A stretch of 64,000 nt of DNA, taken from NCBI GenBank assembly GCA_041746575.1, contig JBGTGT010000098.1, positions 32,001 to 96,000 of the forward strand, read 5' to 3'. Positions 39,283-50,225 of this stretch are shown here, in pieces. Each line of letters begins with the position of its first letter. The stretch's first letter is position 1. This stretch comes from Microcystaceae cyanobacterium (lineage in GTDB: Bacteria > Cyanobacteriota > Cyanobacteriia > Cyanobacteriales > Microcystaceae). The position numbers and the translations under genes are program-made. A model generated the notes under the pieces. The model was not told the DNA's origin. It was given only the letters and a program-made list of their open reading frames with translations, and did not search any database.

Positions 39283-39813
39283 TTAAATATCAAAATAGTA
39301 ACGAACTGCTCCAGATTCGGGATCATTATCAACATGGGCTAATCCTTTTCTGATAGCTTGTTTGAGTAACTCTTCCACTTTATCTTGGGACATTTGTAGG
39401 GATATCATTGCTTGCCCCAAAGATAACACATTTTTATTTTCTGAGGCCGTTTGTAATAGTTGAATCATCGGTTCATCAGAGACAGATTTATTTTTAGGCG
39501 GAGTCGAGGTTGGGAAAGAATCGGTCATACTTTGAGAAACAAAGCCAATTAAAGCATCATTGCGGGCTTTTTCTAGAAAGTGACGATTGCGTTGATCCAC
39601 CATCGACGAAATAAAAAATACATCCAAGATTTGACCAATATAAAAGAAACCTAACGTGAAAAAATAAAGCGTTCCACTGACGGGTTTTCCTGCGTAAAAA
39701 CGATGAAGACCGTGTATCGGCATCACAAAAGCGAGTGCCCATAGCAAGTAGGCTGTTCCTTTATTGATTTCAGGGGGTTGTCTAACCATTCTCTTATCCC
39801 GTAGCGGTTTCAT
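39283..39813 (-). CDS. TM2/NINE domain protein
   Basis: AYLLW...GLHRFY.GK..SG.LYFFTLG. Confidence 0.85.
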   Translation of the reverse strand: MKPLRDKRMVRQPPEINKGTAYLLWALAFVMPIHGLHRFYAGKPVSGTLYFFTLGFFYIGQILDVFFISSMVDQRNRHFLEKARNDALIGFVSQSMTDSFPTSTPPKNKSVSDEPMIQLLQTASENKNVLSLGQAMISLQMSQDKVEELLKQAIRKGLAHVDNDPESGAVRYYFDI

Positions 39814-39938
39814 AGGACATCTTCATTATTATTATAGACGAAGAATTTTTCGATCAAGGGTAGGAGTAACCGCTTATCAATTGGGTGAATTCTTTTAAAA
39901 TAGGGATTAGGTGTTGAGGGGTTACGGTTTTTGTTTCC

Positions 39939-42362
39939 TTGACAGCATTTCTCTGTTTACCGATTTTATCGAAAAAAAATCTGCACTATATGGTAGAAAC
40001 TTTAGCCAAACCTTCCCTGAATCCCCCTTCCTCCTCCACTACCACGGTTACCCTTGACGTCCAAGGGATGAAATGTGCAGGGTGTGTCGCTGCCGTTGAA
40101 CGGCAATTAAATAAACAGACTGGTGTAACTTCGGCTTGTGTTAACTTAATTACACAGGTTGCAGTGGTTACGTACGAAGATAATCAAATAAAACCGGAAT
40201 CAATTGCCCAAAAACTGACTGACACCGGATTTCCCTCCTCTTTAAGGTCACAAGAAGCCAATTTTACGGCAGAAAGTCGCCAAAAATCTTTAGAGCGTTG
40301 GCAACAGGAACGAAAATCTCAAGGAAAAACTCTATGGATTGCCATAATTCTCTTGATTTTTTCAAGTTTGGGACATTTAAATCATATTACTGAAGTTAAT
40401 CTGCCGTTTATTCAAGATATCCGCTTTCACTTCGTATTAGCAACCCTTGCTCTTCTCTTCCCAGGTCGTCAATTAATTCTGGATGGGGCAAAAGCTTTAA
40501 GGCAGGGAATGCCAAATATGAATACCTTAGTTGGGTTAGGGACAGTCAGTGCCTATTTAGCCAGTTGTATTGCTCTTTTTTGGCCACAATTAGGGTGGCA
40601 ATGCTTTTTTGATGAACCTGTAATGTTGTTAGGCTTTATTTTTCTCGGTCGTACCCTTGAAGGCCAAGCCAGACATAAGGCCGCTTCTGCCTTAGAGACA
40701 TTGATGACGATGCAACCTCAAATGGCGCAATTAATGGGAAAAGAATCTGATTTTTCGCAAGAAGGAATCGAAATTCCCGTCGAACAAATCAAAATCGGCG
40801 AATGGGTTAGGGTTTTACCCGGTGAAAAAATTCCGGTAGATGGTGATCTTGTAAAAGGACAAACCACCGTCGATGAATCGTTAGTCACCGGCGAATCTTA
40901 TCCTGTGCTTAAAAAAGAAGGTGAGGGTGTCATGGGCGGAACACTGAACCTTTCTGGTGCAATTCTCGTTAAAACCACTAAGATTGGTAAAAATACGGCT
41001 TTATCTCAAATTATTGCCTCTGTGGAAGCCGCTCAAACCCGTAAAGCCCCGATTCAAAAATGGGTCGATCAAATTGCTGGGTATTTTAGTTATGGCGTGA
41101 TGACCATAGCCTTAATAACCTTCCTTTTTTGGCAATTTGTGGGAACTCGTTTATTTCCCGACGTTTTACAGCTTGGCATGACTCACCATACTGAGACGAC
41201 GCTAAATACCCCTAATTCACCTTTATTATTGAGCTTGAAGCTAGCGATCGCTGTTTTGGTGGTATCTTGTCCTTGTGCTTTGGGTTTAGCGACGCCAACC
41301 GCCATTTTAGTAGGAACAGGTATTGGGGCAGAACGGGGGCTATTAATTAAAGGAGGAGATGTATTAGAAAAGGTAGCCCATCTTAAAACCATTTTTCTGG
41401 ATAAAACGGGTACAATAACGCAAGGATGTCCCATTGTTACGCAATATATTCCTTTATCGAATATCACTGCCGATTCCCTCCTTCAGATTGCTGCAAGTGT
41501 CGAACAAGGCACGATTCATCCTTTAGGACAAGCCATTCAACGGGCGGCTAAACAAAAGCATTTTCCTCTCTTATCGGCGCAAAATTTCCATACTGAAGTC
41601 GGATTAGGCGTTTCTGCGGACATTGAGGGAGAAAGATTCTTTTTGGGTAATGAAGCTGGGTTGGAATATCATCAAATTTCTTTAGACGCGATCGCTGATC
41701 ATCCCTTAAGACAAACGGATCAAACCCTTGTTTATCTAGCAAATCAAAGAGAAGTTAAGGGAATTATTGCGTTAAAAGACAAATTACGTTTAGATACTCA
41801 ATCTACTCTTAAAAAACTCAAAAAAATGGGTATAGAGCTTGTACTACTTTCGGGGGATCAAAAAAAAGTCGTAGCAGAAATTGCGAAAGAATTAGAAATA
41901 TTACCCTTTTTCGCCCAAATTCGTCCTGATGAAAAAGCGAAAATCATTCAACAATTTCAGAAGGAAGCTCCATCGAACCGAGTTGCTATGGTGGGTGATG
42001 GCATCAACGATGCTCCTGCATTAGCACAGGCAGATATTGGGATTTCTCTACAAAATTCTAGTCAATTAGCCATAGAAACGGCTGATATTGTCTTAATAAA
42101 CGGAAATTTGTCCGATCTAGTCACTGTTATTAAACTGAGTCAAGCAACCTTTAACAAAATTCGGCAAAATCTATTTTGGGCATTAGGATATAATCTGATT
42201 GCGATACCGATTGCGGCAGGACTGCTTTTACCGAGCTTAGGATGGATGATGAGTCCTTCATTAGCGGCTGGTTTAATGGCGATGAGTTCGGTGACGGTGG
42301 TTACCAATGCCCTGTTCCTTCGTCATGAGTTTGCTCAAGAGAAAACGGTTAAAATGAAGTAG
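39939..42362 (+). CDS. Cu-transporting P1B-type ATPase (CtaA-like)
   Basis: GMKCAGC HMA domain, TGES, CPCALG, DKTGT, GDGINDAPAL; start probably the ATG near 39990. Confidence 0.93.
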   Translation: MTAFLCLPILSKKNLHYMVETLAKPSLNPPSSSTTTVTLDVQGMKCAGCVAAVERQLNKQTGVTSACVNLITQVAVVTYEDNQIKPESIAQKLTDTGFPSSLRSQEANFTAESRQKSLERWQQERKSQGKTLWIAIILLIFSSLGHLNHITEVNLPFIQDIRFHFVLATLALLFPGRQLILDGAKALRQGMPNMNTLVGLGTVSAYLASCIALFWPQLGWQCFFDEPVMLLGFIFLGRTLEGQARHKAASALETLMTMQPQMAQLMGKESDFSQEGIEIPVEQIKIGEWVRVLPGEKIPVDGDLVKGQTTVDESLVTGESYPVLKKEGEGVMGGTLNLSGAILVKTTKIGKNTALSQIIASVEAAQTRKAPIQKWVDQIAGYFSYGVMTIALITFLFWQFVGTRLFPDVLQLGMTHHTETTLNTPNSPLLLSLKLAIAVLVVSCPCALGLATPTAILVGTGIGAERGLLIKGGDVLEKVAHLKTIFLDKTGTITQGCPIVTQYIPLSNITADSLLQIAASVEQGTIHPLGQAIQRAAKQKHFPLLSAQNFHTEVGLGVSADIEGERFFLGNEAGLEYHQISLDAIADHPLRQTDQTLVYLANQREVKGIIALKDKLRLDTQSTLKKLKKMGIELVLLSGDQKKVVAEIAKELEILPFFAQIRPDEKAKIIQQFQKEAPSNRVAMVGDGINDAPALAQADIGISLQNSSQLAIETADIVLINGNLSDLVTVIKLSQATFNKIRQNLFWALGYNLIAIPIAAGLLLPSLGWMMSPSLAAGLMAMSSVTVVTNALFLRHEFAQEKTVKMK

Positions 42363-42461
42363 AGCTAAATTTTGCTAGGCGTTTGCCCCCATCAGAGCAG
42401 GATTAATCTTAATAGATAAAACGTCTCAAATTTTATTATTCTTTCACAGAATCGCACAACT

Positions 42462-42932
42462 ATGGCAGATAAATCGGTACTTCCCCAAAGAGAACATTTT
42501 TTAATGATTGAAGATGATAAAGGTCGGCAGGAAGTGATTCTCAATGGGGCCATTTATTCTGTTGGACGCGCACCTGAATGTGATCTTCGGTTGCGATCGC
42601 AATTTGTTTCCCGCCATCATGCTACTCTACTGCGACGGTTAAAAATAGATGGTTCTAGTTATTATCAAATTGTAGATGGAGATAATAAAGGAAAAAACAG
42701 CGTTAATGGTTTATTAATTAATGGTCGTAAAAGCCTCGAACACGATCTTCAACATGGCGATGAAGTGATTTTTGGTCCCCAAGTTTTTGCCATTTATCAA
42801 TATCGGCAACGGGATAAATTTCCGACTTTACCCGCTAATGATCCTTTTGATATTACCTTAATTGATCCGGCAATGATAGGAGAACAGGAAGAAGGGGATG
42901 ATGACGAAGATACCACTTTACAGTCTTCTTAA
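42462..42932 (+). CDS. FHA domain protein
   Basis: GR...VSRHHA...SVNG. Confidence 0.9.
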   Translation: MADKSVLPQREHFLMIEDDKGRQEVILNGAIYSVGRAPECDLRLRSQFVSRHHATLLRRLKIDGSSYYQIVDGDNKGKNSVNGLLINGRKSLEHDLQHGDEVIFGPQVFAIYQYRQRDKFPTLPANDPFDITLIDPAMIGEQEEGDDDEDTTLQSS

Positions 42933-43002
42933 CGAGTAGATTTCTTTTCAGCGTTATCTCCAATCAGGACGGGACGAGTAATAAAGTGGCAAGAAGAGAA
43001 GA

Positions 43003-43461
43003 TCACTCTAGCAATTCTGTCGTCCAACCCGCTTTTTGAATCCTTATGTCTAAAAGTTGGTGTTCTTTGGCAATTTGTTCGATTTGGTGTTGCAGTTGAG
43101 AGACGTTCACCGTCCTTAACCAGCGTAACTCATTGCCGTGAGGTTGTTTTCCCGTGGAAGAAGCAGCCGCTACGAGAGATTGATAGATGAAGCGTTTTTG
43201 TGCTAGGATATCTCGCTCAACGATAGCATCCGCTAAGGTTTTGCCTGATTCTAAGAGCGTTTGCCCTTGAGTCAGCTGAATACGCTTATTCAAGTCTTCT
43301 AAGACATTTAGCGTCGTGCTGACATCCGCTAACAAGGTTGAAGGATCTTCGGCAGGAATGTCCCCGTGAAGAATTTTGGCATTTGCCATTAAACGAGTTT
43401 GTAGGCTGTTAATATGAACTTGACGCTCCGCTTGGATAATTAACGCTTCTGCTAACTTAAT
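43003..43461 (-). CDS. DIP1984 family protein (probable ATT start)
   Basis: Family N-terminus xKLAEALI...NAK..GD.PAEDP extends 24 codons upstream of the ORF-track ATG (43389) to ATT, preceded by GGAGG. Confidence 0.75.
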   Translation of the reverse strand: MKLAEALIIQAERQVHINSLQTRLMANAKILHGDIPAEDPSTLLADVSTTLNVLEDLNKRIQLTQGQTLLESGKTLADAIVERDILAQKRFIYQSLVAAASSTGKQPHGNELRWLRTVNVSQLQHQIEQIAKEHQLLDIRIQKAGWTTELLE

Positions 43462-43575
43462 TTTCCTACCCTCCTTTAGAGAAATGATCTCTGACCCCTA
43501 ATATAGCCATTGCAGCCCCTAAAATCAAGCAATATCTATCGAAGGAACCCAACATTAAACTGAAAGATTGCCTCT

Positions 43576-43911
43576 TCAAGAATCGTGTCTTTCCTTTTTT
43601 TTAGCGTCCAATTTACCATTAATTAAACCATTAAAACCATACACCTTGCGCTGACCTGCTAAAGGAACGAATTCGACTTCTTTCTCATCTCCTGGTTCAA
43701 AACGAATCGCTGTACCGGCGGGAATATTTAAGCGCATTCCTTTTGCCGCTTTTCGGTCAAATTGTAAGGCAGAATTGACTTCGTAAAAATGAAAATGAGA
43801 ACCCACTTGAATCGGGCGATCGCCTGTATTTGCAACGTTGATTTTTAGGGTTTCTCGGCCTTGATTTAACTCAATGTGTCCCTCACGGGGGATTAATTCA
43901 CCGGGGATCAT
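43576..43911 (-). CDS. ureB: Urease beta subunit
   Basis: MIPGE...[15 protein letters not shown]...[10 protein letters not shown]. Confidence 0.97.
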   Translation of the reverse strand: MIPGELIPREGHIELNQGRETLKINVANTGDRPIQVGSHFHFYEVNSALQFDRKAAKGMRLNIPAGTAIRFEPGDEKEVEFVPLAGQRKVYGFNGLINGKLDAKKKERHDS

Positions 43912-43946
43912 AAGACAATGTTAGAAAGATAATCTTAAAAATAATT

Positions 43947-44249
43947 TTACAGTATGGGATGATGCAGGGTGACTAATTTTGTGCCATCCGGGAAGGTCGC
44001 TTCCACTTGTACTTCGGGAATCATTTCGGGAATTCCTGCCATGACATCTTGACGAGTTAGGAGCGTTTTGCCGTAACGCATTAATTCAGCGACGGTTTGA
44101 CCTTCTCTTGCACCTTCTAAGATAGCGGCAGAGAGATAGGCAACGGCTTCAGGGTAATTTAGTTTAATTCCCTTTGCTTTGCGTCGTTCTGCCAACAAAG
44201 CGGCGGTAAATACCAAGAGTTTGTCTTTTTCTTGGGGAGTGAGTTGCAT
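43947..44249 (-). CDS. ureA: Urease gamma subunit
   Basis: [11 protein letters not shown]...[13 protein letters not shown]. Confidence 0.97.
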   Translation of the reverse strand: MQLTPQEKDKLLVFTAALLAERRKAKGIKLNYPEAVAYLSAAILEGAREGQTVAELMRYGKTLLTRQDVMAGIPEMIPEVQVEATFPDGTKLVTLHHPIL

Positions 44250-44323
44250 AGAAATTTTACTTTTTGATGATTAATATAATCCTACTCTTAACGTTAGTAA
44301 AGTGCTTATAAATTTTTTTAGAC

Positions 44324-45694
44324 TTATTTTCCAATACAAAAACGACTAAAAATTCGGTCTAATACAGATTCTGTGACATCTTCTCCGGTGATTTCTCCTA
44401 AAGCTTGAATGGCAGAACGCAGATCAATCGTCCAACAATCGAGGGGAAATTGAGCATAGATACTTTCTTGTACTTGTTCGAGGGCAATTTTCGCCTGAGT
44501 TAACGCTGCCGCTTGCCGTTGATTAATAGCAATATCAAGGTCGAGGCTTGTTATTTTTTCTTGTCGAATCGTTTTTAAAATGACTTCTTCTAAGGCTTCA
44601 ATGCCTTGATTTTCAGAAGCAGAAGTCTTAACAAAAGCTTTGATTTCTAAAGGGAAGTGTTTGAATTCTACGGCTACTAAATCAATTTTATTGATGACTA
44701 AAATTAGGGGTCGATGTTTTACTTGTTGATAAATCATTTCGTCGTCTTTTGTCCATCCTTGACTGACATCAATGGTCAATAAAACTAAATCGGCACTATT
44801 AGCCACTTGGCGCGATCGCTCTACTCCCATTTTTTCGGCAGTATCCAAAGTCTCCCGAATTCCGGCTGTATCTAACACTTTAACGGGAATTCCACCAACC
44901 ACTAACTGAGACTCCACGATATCCCGGGTTGTACCGGGTAGATCAGTAACAATTGCGCGATCACAACGACTCCACGCATTCAATAAACTCGATTTGCCCA
45001 CATTAGGACGACCGACAATCGCCACTTTTAACCCACTTCGCAGTAATTCCCCCCGCTCGGCGGTGGATAGAATAGTATTAACTTGAGCAAGAATATCTCT
45101 TAACTGATGAGAAATCGCTTCTTTGTCTAAAGGGGGTAAATCTTCCTCAAAATCAATTCTCGCTTCGATTTCTGCTAAGATATCGAGACAAATATTTCTT
45201 AACTGACGAATGGGTTGGGCGAGCTTTCCCTGTAACCCTGCCAAGGCCATTTGTGACGCTTGTGCGGACTGTGCGCCGACTAATTCTGCAATACTTTCGG
45301 CTTGAGTTAAGTCTATTCGACCATTTAAAAAGGCTCTGAGGGTAAATTCTCCGGGTTGCGCCAATCTAGCTCCCTGTTCTAAGCATAACTGTAAAATTTG
45401 CTGAACGGGCATCATGCCCCCGTGACAATGAAATTCGATCACGTCTTCCCTTGTAAAGGATCGGGGGGCTAACATGGGTAATAATAAGGCTTCATCAATG
45501 ATGTGTTGGCTTTTGGGATGAAGAATATTGCCGTAAAGAATACGATGACTTTCCCATCGGGGATTACCTTGAGGCTTAAAGATTTTTTGGGCAATAAGGA
45601 GCGCATTTTCCCCTGATAATCGCACAATTCCAATACTTCCTTGTTGGGGAACAATGGCGGTAGCGATCGCAACGATGGTATCTTGTTGAATCAT
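44324..45694 (-). CDS. mnmE: tRNA modification GTPase
   Basis: [18 protein letters not shown], terminal FCIGK. Confidence 0.97.
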   Translation of the reverse strand: MIQQDTIVAIATAIVPQQGSIGIVRLSGENALLIAQKIFKPQGNPRWESHRILYGNILHPKSQHIIDEALLLPMLAPRSFTREDVIEFHCHGGMMPVQQILQLCLEQGARLAQPGEFTLRAFLNGRIDLTQAESIAELVGAQSAQASQMALAGLQGKLAQPIRQLRNICLDILAEIEARIDFEEDLPPLDKEAISHQLRDILAQVNTILSTAERGELLRSGLKVAIVGRPNVGKSSLLNAWSRCDRAIVTDLPGTTRDIVESQLVVGGIPVKVLDTAGIRETLDTAEKMGVERSRQVANSADLVLLTIDVSQGWTKDDEMIYQQVKHRPLILVINKIDLVAVEFKHFPLEIKAFVKTSASENQGIEALEEVILKTIRQEKITSLDLDIAINQRQAAALTQAKIALEQVQESIYAQFPLDCWTIDLRSAIQALGEITGEDVTESVLDRIFSRFCIGK

Positions 45695-45708
45695 CTGATA
45701 ACGTTTAA

Positions 45709-46491
45709 TTATTGGAAAACGACGGGTCGCCCTTGATATAAAAGGGATTGTAACTCAACCACTCGACCAATAATCGCGATCGCTGGAGCTTCAAAGTTCG
45801 TTTCTTGGACTTTTTCGACAATATTAGTTAAATTTCCAATTAATTCTGCTTGTTGTGGACAAGTTCCCCATCTAACTAACGCAATCGGTGTTTCCGCTAT
45901 TAATCCCCCTTCTTGCAATTTCTCAACAATGGTAACCAAATTATGAATACCCATATAAATGACGATGGTTTCTGAGCCTTGAGCGATCGCTGTCCAATTG
46001 ACGTGAGGACGGTATTTCCCCACTGCTTCATGGCCGGTCACAAAGGTAACCGATGAACTGTACCCCCGATGGGTGACGGGTATTCCTGCATAGGCAGAGG
46101 CGGCAATTCCTGCGGTAATCCCCGGAATCACTTCAACGGCAACCCCTGCTCGGATTAAATCTCCCATTTCTTCACCACCACGACCAAAAACGAAGGGATC
46201 ACCTCCTTTAAGCCGCACAATCACCCCATGAATTTTTGCTAATTCGATCAAGAGTTGAGTGGTATCGGACTGTTTTTTGCTATGACGGCCACGACGCTTA
46301 CCGGCGTTAATCCGTTCTGCCTGAGAACCAATCATCGAGAGAATAGGAGAACTCACAAGGGCATCATAAACAACCACATCTGCGTGCTGTAAGAGTTCTT
46401 TGCCTTTAATTGTCATTAAACCGGGATCGCCGGGGCCTGCACCGACTAAATAGACTTTGCCAAGAGGTTTAGAAACGTTTAATTCGTTCAT
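45709..46491 (-). CDS. cobA: Uroporphyrinogen-III C-methyltransferase
   Basis: [24 protein letters not shown]. Confidence 0.95.
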   Translation of the reverse strand: MNELNVSKPLGKVYLVGAGPGDPGLMTIKGKELLQHADVVVYDALVSSPILSMIGSQAERINAGKRRGRHSKKQSDTTQLLIELAKIHGVIVRLKGGDPFVFGRGGEEMGDLIRAGVAVEVIPGITAGIAASAYAGIPVTHRGYSSSVTFVTGHEAVGKYRPHVNWTAIAQGSETIVIYMGIHNLVTIVEKLQEGGLIAETPIALVRWGTCPQQAELIGNLTNIVEKVQETNFEAPAIAIIGRVVELQSLLYQGRPVVFQ

Positions 46492-47264
46492 TTTTCGATT
46501 TCTTTAACAATTAACTGGGCTAATTCTAAGGTTGCACCGAGCGGATGTCCCAAAAATAGGGAAAGGGTCGGTAAAGCGTCTTTTATCTCTTCTATCTGTT
46601 GAATCGTTTGGTCAACAATGCCCCCAGCAAAGATAAAATAGGGCATAATAGCGATTGTATCGCAACCCTGTTGCATTAATGTGTAGATTTGACTTCTTAA
46701 GTCAGGATTTATTGACCAATAAGCGGGAATTGCCTGTAATTTTGCTGAAAATAATTCTATCAAATGATTGCCTTGGGAACGGCGACTTCCATGGGCCAGT
46801 AAAATGCGCCCTTGTGCCGGAAATTGATTAAATCGTTGGCATAATAAAGGGATTAGACCCGATAAACTGCCTAAAAAGGGAGTGATAGTGAGTCTAATCT
46901 GAGGTTCTAAGTGAGATTGAGCAAGGGCGACTTCTGCGGGAATATCTTGGCTAACATGAATACCAGATGACAAGAAAAGCGGAAAAACATTGATTTCAGT
47001 GATATTTTGCTGAACAACTTGATCTGCAAAGGTGATCAGTTGCTGATGTAGGGGAGGATCGGTGCATTCCAAAAATCCTAATTCTACTGGACATTGAGCG
47101 TTCTTGGTTAACAATAGGGTGCTTTTAGGGGCAAAAGTTTTGTTTTTTGGCTCAAGCGACGTTCGATGATTTTTGACAAGGTATAATAACCGTTCTGCGG
47201 CAATTTGATAACGGGGGTCGCGACTGCCGTGGCAGACTAGGAAGGTAGCAGGAGAAAAAGTCAA
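46488..47264 (-). CDS. Sirohydrochlorin chelatase (CbiX/SirB family)
   Basis: HGSRDP, PLFL..G.H...DIP, second HGS. Confidence 0.88.
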   Translation of the reverse strand: MTFSPATFLVCHGSRDPRYQIAAERLLYLVKNHRTSLEPKNKTFAPKSTLLLTKNAQCPVELGFLECTDPPLHQQLITFADQVVQQNITEINVFPLFLSSGIHVSQDIPAEVALAQSHLEPQIRLTITPFLGSLSGLIPLLCQRFNQFPAQGRILLAHGSRRSQGNHLIELFSAKLQAIPAYWSINPDLRSQIYTLMQQGCDTIAIMPYFIFAGGIVDQTIQQIEEIKDALPTLSLFLGHPLGATLELAQLIVKEIEK

Positions 47265-47408
47265 GGCTTCTTAAGGTTTCCTTAAGGTTAATGTAACTTT
47301 TATTTTACACAACAATCATGTTAACGAGTTTAAGCCAACAATTCCGTATCTTTCGCCACACCTTGCATTAAGTAGAAAGACTTACCCCCATTATGCTTGG
47401 CGTTGATC

Positions 47409-48227
47409 CTAATAAGAGCCGCGATAGATACGTTCTGCTTGTTCTTCAGATAAATGATCATAACCCGAGAGAGAATAATGGGGTGCTGTTTCTGTTTCTG
47501 TTTCTGTTTCTGGAACGGGTTGCGTCGTTATAGGTATTCTAAAGGCATCTTGGTGCATTAGAGGGCAACTCGGATGAAGATTGTATTCCGGTTCGGGAAA
47601 ATCTAAGCGACTCATGGGTGGTAAAAACTCGTGGGATACGCCATCATAAGCTAAAACTTCCCCCGTTTCAATGCGATAAATCCAACCGTGAATCGTCAAT
47701 TTTCGTTGATGCAAGCGAGAGCGAATAATGGGGTACGTTTGTAGATTGACCAATTGACTTAGCACATTTTCCGCAATCGTTACCTCTAATAGGTCTTCCC
47801 CCCGAAAATCGGCATAGTTATCTTGCACCAGTAAACGGGTGGCTTCGGCATGTTTTAACCAGCTATACACCAAAGGCATTTTCTCAGCGAGACTGTCCAG
47901 TTTCAAGAGTCCCTTCATGGCACCACAATGGCTATGTCCACAGACCACGACTTGTTCTATATTTAAAGCCGCGATCGCATATTCAATGGATGCTCCTTCC
48001 CCACCATTCGCCGCTCCATAAGGGGGAATAATGTTACCGGCATTGCGAATGACGAATAATTCTCCGATTTGTGCTTGGGTAATTAAATTGGGGTCAATGC
48101 GCGAATCTGAGCAGGCAATGAAGAGAATACGAGGATGTTGTCCGTGAGATAATAGCTCAAATAGGTCACGATGTTCGCTAAAATAACCCATTTTAAACTG
48201 ATGCAGTCCCTCTAGTATTTTTTTCAT
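47409..48227 (-). CDS. ccaA: Beta-carbonic anhydrase (carboxysomal CcaA/IcfA type)
   Basis: CSDSR, HSHCGA, C-terminal EQAERIYRGS. Confidence 0.92.
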   Translation of the reverse strand: MKKILEGLHQFKMGYFSEHRDLFELLSHGQHPRILFIACSDSRIDPNLITQAQIGELFVIRNAGNIIPPYGAANGGEGASIEYAIAALNIEQVVVCGHSHCGAMKGLLKLDSLAEKMPLVYSWLKHAEATRLLVQDNYADFRGEDLLEVTIAENVLSQLVNLQTYPIIRSRLHQRKLTIHGWIYRIETGEVLAYDGVSHEFLPPMSRLDFPEPEYNLHPSCPLMHQDAFRIPITTQPVPETETETETAPHYSLSGYDHLSEEQAERIYRGSY

Positions 48228-48427
48228 AGCAACTGATAATAATCCTTTCTATAGGGGAATCTTTCAATATTATCTAGCATGAAGAGATTTCTGTATAGGG
48301 GAAAATGAACAATATCAAGATTCCTTGTCATTGCTAAGAGTTGCCTTTTTTAAGTATTTTAACCAATGCCCTCAATTTAGAAAATTGCTGATTATAATTT
48401 AAGTATCTTTTAAGTATTTCTGGTTTT

Positions 48428-49474
48428 ATGGTAGAAATTCTAGGGGTAGTGATTATTATTTTATTGGGATCAGGCATTTGTTCAGGTTCAGAAACAGCTT
48501 TATTTTCTGTGCCTTTAGTTAAAGTTAGACAATTGGCTCAATCTAAGTCTCCTTCTGCCCTTGCGTTGCATTCGATTCGTCAAAAAATGAATCGTCCCAT
48601 TGCGACAATTGTGATTATGAATAATTTGTTTAATATTGTCGGTAGCATTGTCATCGGCAGTTTAGCGGCAAGTGAATTTTCTGATACTTGGTTAGGAATT
48701 TTTTCGGCAATTTTGACCTTTTCAATTATTTTATTTGCTGAAATTATTCCCAAAATGATTGGTGAAAAATATGCCGCTTCAATTGCTTTATTCATTGCTA
48801 TTCCTCTCCAATTTCTCACGCTTGTTTTTACCCCGCTTGTTTGGTTAATTGAAAAGCTGACAAGCCCCTTTACTAAAGGGAAAAAGTTACCGACCACCAA
48901 TGAAGCAGAAATCCGTTTTTTGGCGACGATTGGCTATAAAGAGGGCGTAATTGAAGGAGATGAAGCCGAAATGATTGAACGGGTTTTTCAACTCAACGAT
49001 CTGACAGCGGCCGATGTGATGACACCCAGAGTAATTATTACTTATTTATTCGGTTACTTAAGCGTTATAAATTGTCAAGATAAAATTATTCAATCTCAAC
49101 ATACTCGGATTCTGGTGATAGATCAAGCCATTGATCAGGTTTTAGGTATCGCCTTAAAAGATGAACTCTTAACCGCTTTAGTACAAGGCCAACAATCCGC
49201 CTTAATTCAAGATTTAGTTCGTCCTGTCCATTTTGTTCCCGATAGTATCCGTGCCGATAAATTATTGAAACAATTTCAAGAAAAACGAGAACATTTAATG
49301 GTCGTTTTAGATGAGTATGGTGGCGTTGCAGGAGTAGTCACTTTAGAAGATGTCATTGAAGTTTTAACCGGAGAAATTGTTGATGAAACCGATAAAAATA
49401 TCGATCTTCAAGAAATTGCCCGCAAAAAAAGACAATTATTATTACAATCGCGTAGCCTGATTCACGAAGAATAA
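48428..49474 (+). CDS. CNNM/DUF21 plus CBS domain membrane protein
   Basis: SGSETAL, EIIPK, MTPR, DEYGGVAGVVTLEDVIE. Confidence 0.9.
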   Translation: MVEILGVVIIILLGSGICSGSETALFSVPLVKVRQLAQSKSPSALALHSIRQKMNRPIATIVIMNNLFNIVGSIVIGSLAASEFSDTWLGIFSAILTFSIILFAEIIPKMIGEKYAASIALFIAIPLQFLTLVFTPLVWLIEKLTSPFTKGKKLPTTNEAEIRFLATIGYKEGVIEGDEAEMIERVFQLNDLTAADVMTPRVIITYLFGYLSVINCQDKIIQSQHTRILVIDQAIDQVLGIALKDELLTALVQGQQSALIQDLVRPVHFVPDSIRADKLLKQFQEKREHLMVVLDEYGGVAGVVTLEDVIEVLTGEIVDETDKNIDLQEIARKKRQLLLQSRSLIHEE

Positions 49475-49604
49475 ATATGACCGATAAGTAGCTTCTTCCT
49501 GCCTTTCTAATCTAGAATCGCTTGATCTAAGAGGCTTAAATCGGGTACAATGAAAAGTTCTGAGTGATACAGCTTTTACAGAAAATCAGTCTAGGTAAAA
49601 CATC

Positions 49605-50063
49605 ATGTCCAAACGAATTTCCGTTGTTTTAAATAAAAGTTTCAATAAGTTGGGAAAATCAGGCGATTTAGTTGAAGTTGCCCCCGGTTACGCCCGTAAT
49701 TACCTACTTCCTCAAAAAATTGCCGTCGTTGCTACTGAGGGAATTCTCAAGCAAGTCGCACAACGGAAAGAAAAAGAACGTCAGCGCATTCTCGCCGAAA
49801 GACAAGCGGCAGAAGACCGTAAAACGGCGTTACAAACCATTGGTCGCTTTATCATTAAAAAGCAAGCCGGTGAAGAAGAAGCCATTTTTGGAACTGTTAC
49901 CACCCAAGACGTTGCCGACGCCATTCAGGCGGCGACTAATCAAGAAATTGATCGTCGAGGAATCACGCTTCCCGATATTGGCAAGATTGGTTTTTATAAA
50001 GCAGAGGTTAAACTGCATCCTGACGTTACAGCAACGGTTGAAATTCAAGTTATCCCTTTGTAA
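49605..50063 (+). CDS. rplI: 50S ribosomal protein L9
   Basis: [21 protein letters not shown]...KLHPDV. Confidence 0.97.
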   Translation: MSKRISVVLNKSFNKLGKSGDLVEVAPGYARNYLLPQKIAVVATEGILKQVAQRKEKERQRILAERQAAEDRKTALQTIGRFIIKKQAGEEEAIFGTVTTQDVADAIQAATNQEIDRRGITLPDIGKIGFYKAEVKLHPDVTATVEIQVIPL

Positions 50064-50087
50064 AAATTTTACCCCGTCAAAAAAGAC

Positions 50088-50126
50088 AAAGGATTGGGAT
50101 GTGTTATCAATCTTAATCCTTTTTTT
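50088..50126 (+). terminator. Intrinsic terminator after rplI
   Basis: AAAGGATTGGGAT-loop-ATCTTAATCCTTT followed by a T tract. Confidence 0.7.
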
Positions 50127-50225
50127 AGGGTTGAAAAAAGCGATAATTTAGGAACTACTGCTACCAGAAAGTTATTGATAAACAGCGTAAAAATTGCGAA
50201 AATTCTAATCGCTAACCTTAAATCT

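Noticed and set aside
43576..44249. ureAB without ureC or accessory genes as a broken operon
   Set aside because: Urease genes are commonly dispersed in unicellular cyanobacteria.
47486..47511. (TGTTTC)n microsatellite in ccaA as a phase-variation tract
   Set aside because: It is an in-frame hexamer encoding an ETETET linker; slippage would not shift the frame.
49672..50151. 159-aa overlapping ORF and the many other short antisense or out-of-frame ORFs in the track
   Set aside because: They are shadows of well-supported genes (here rplI) and show no motifs.
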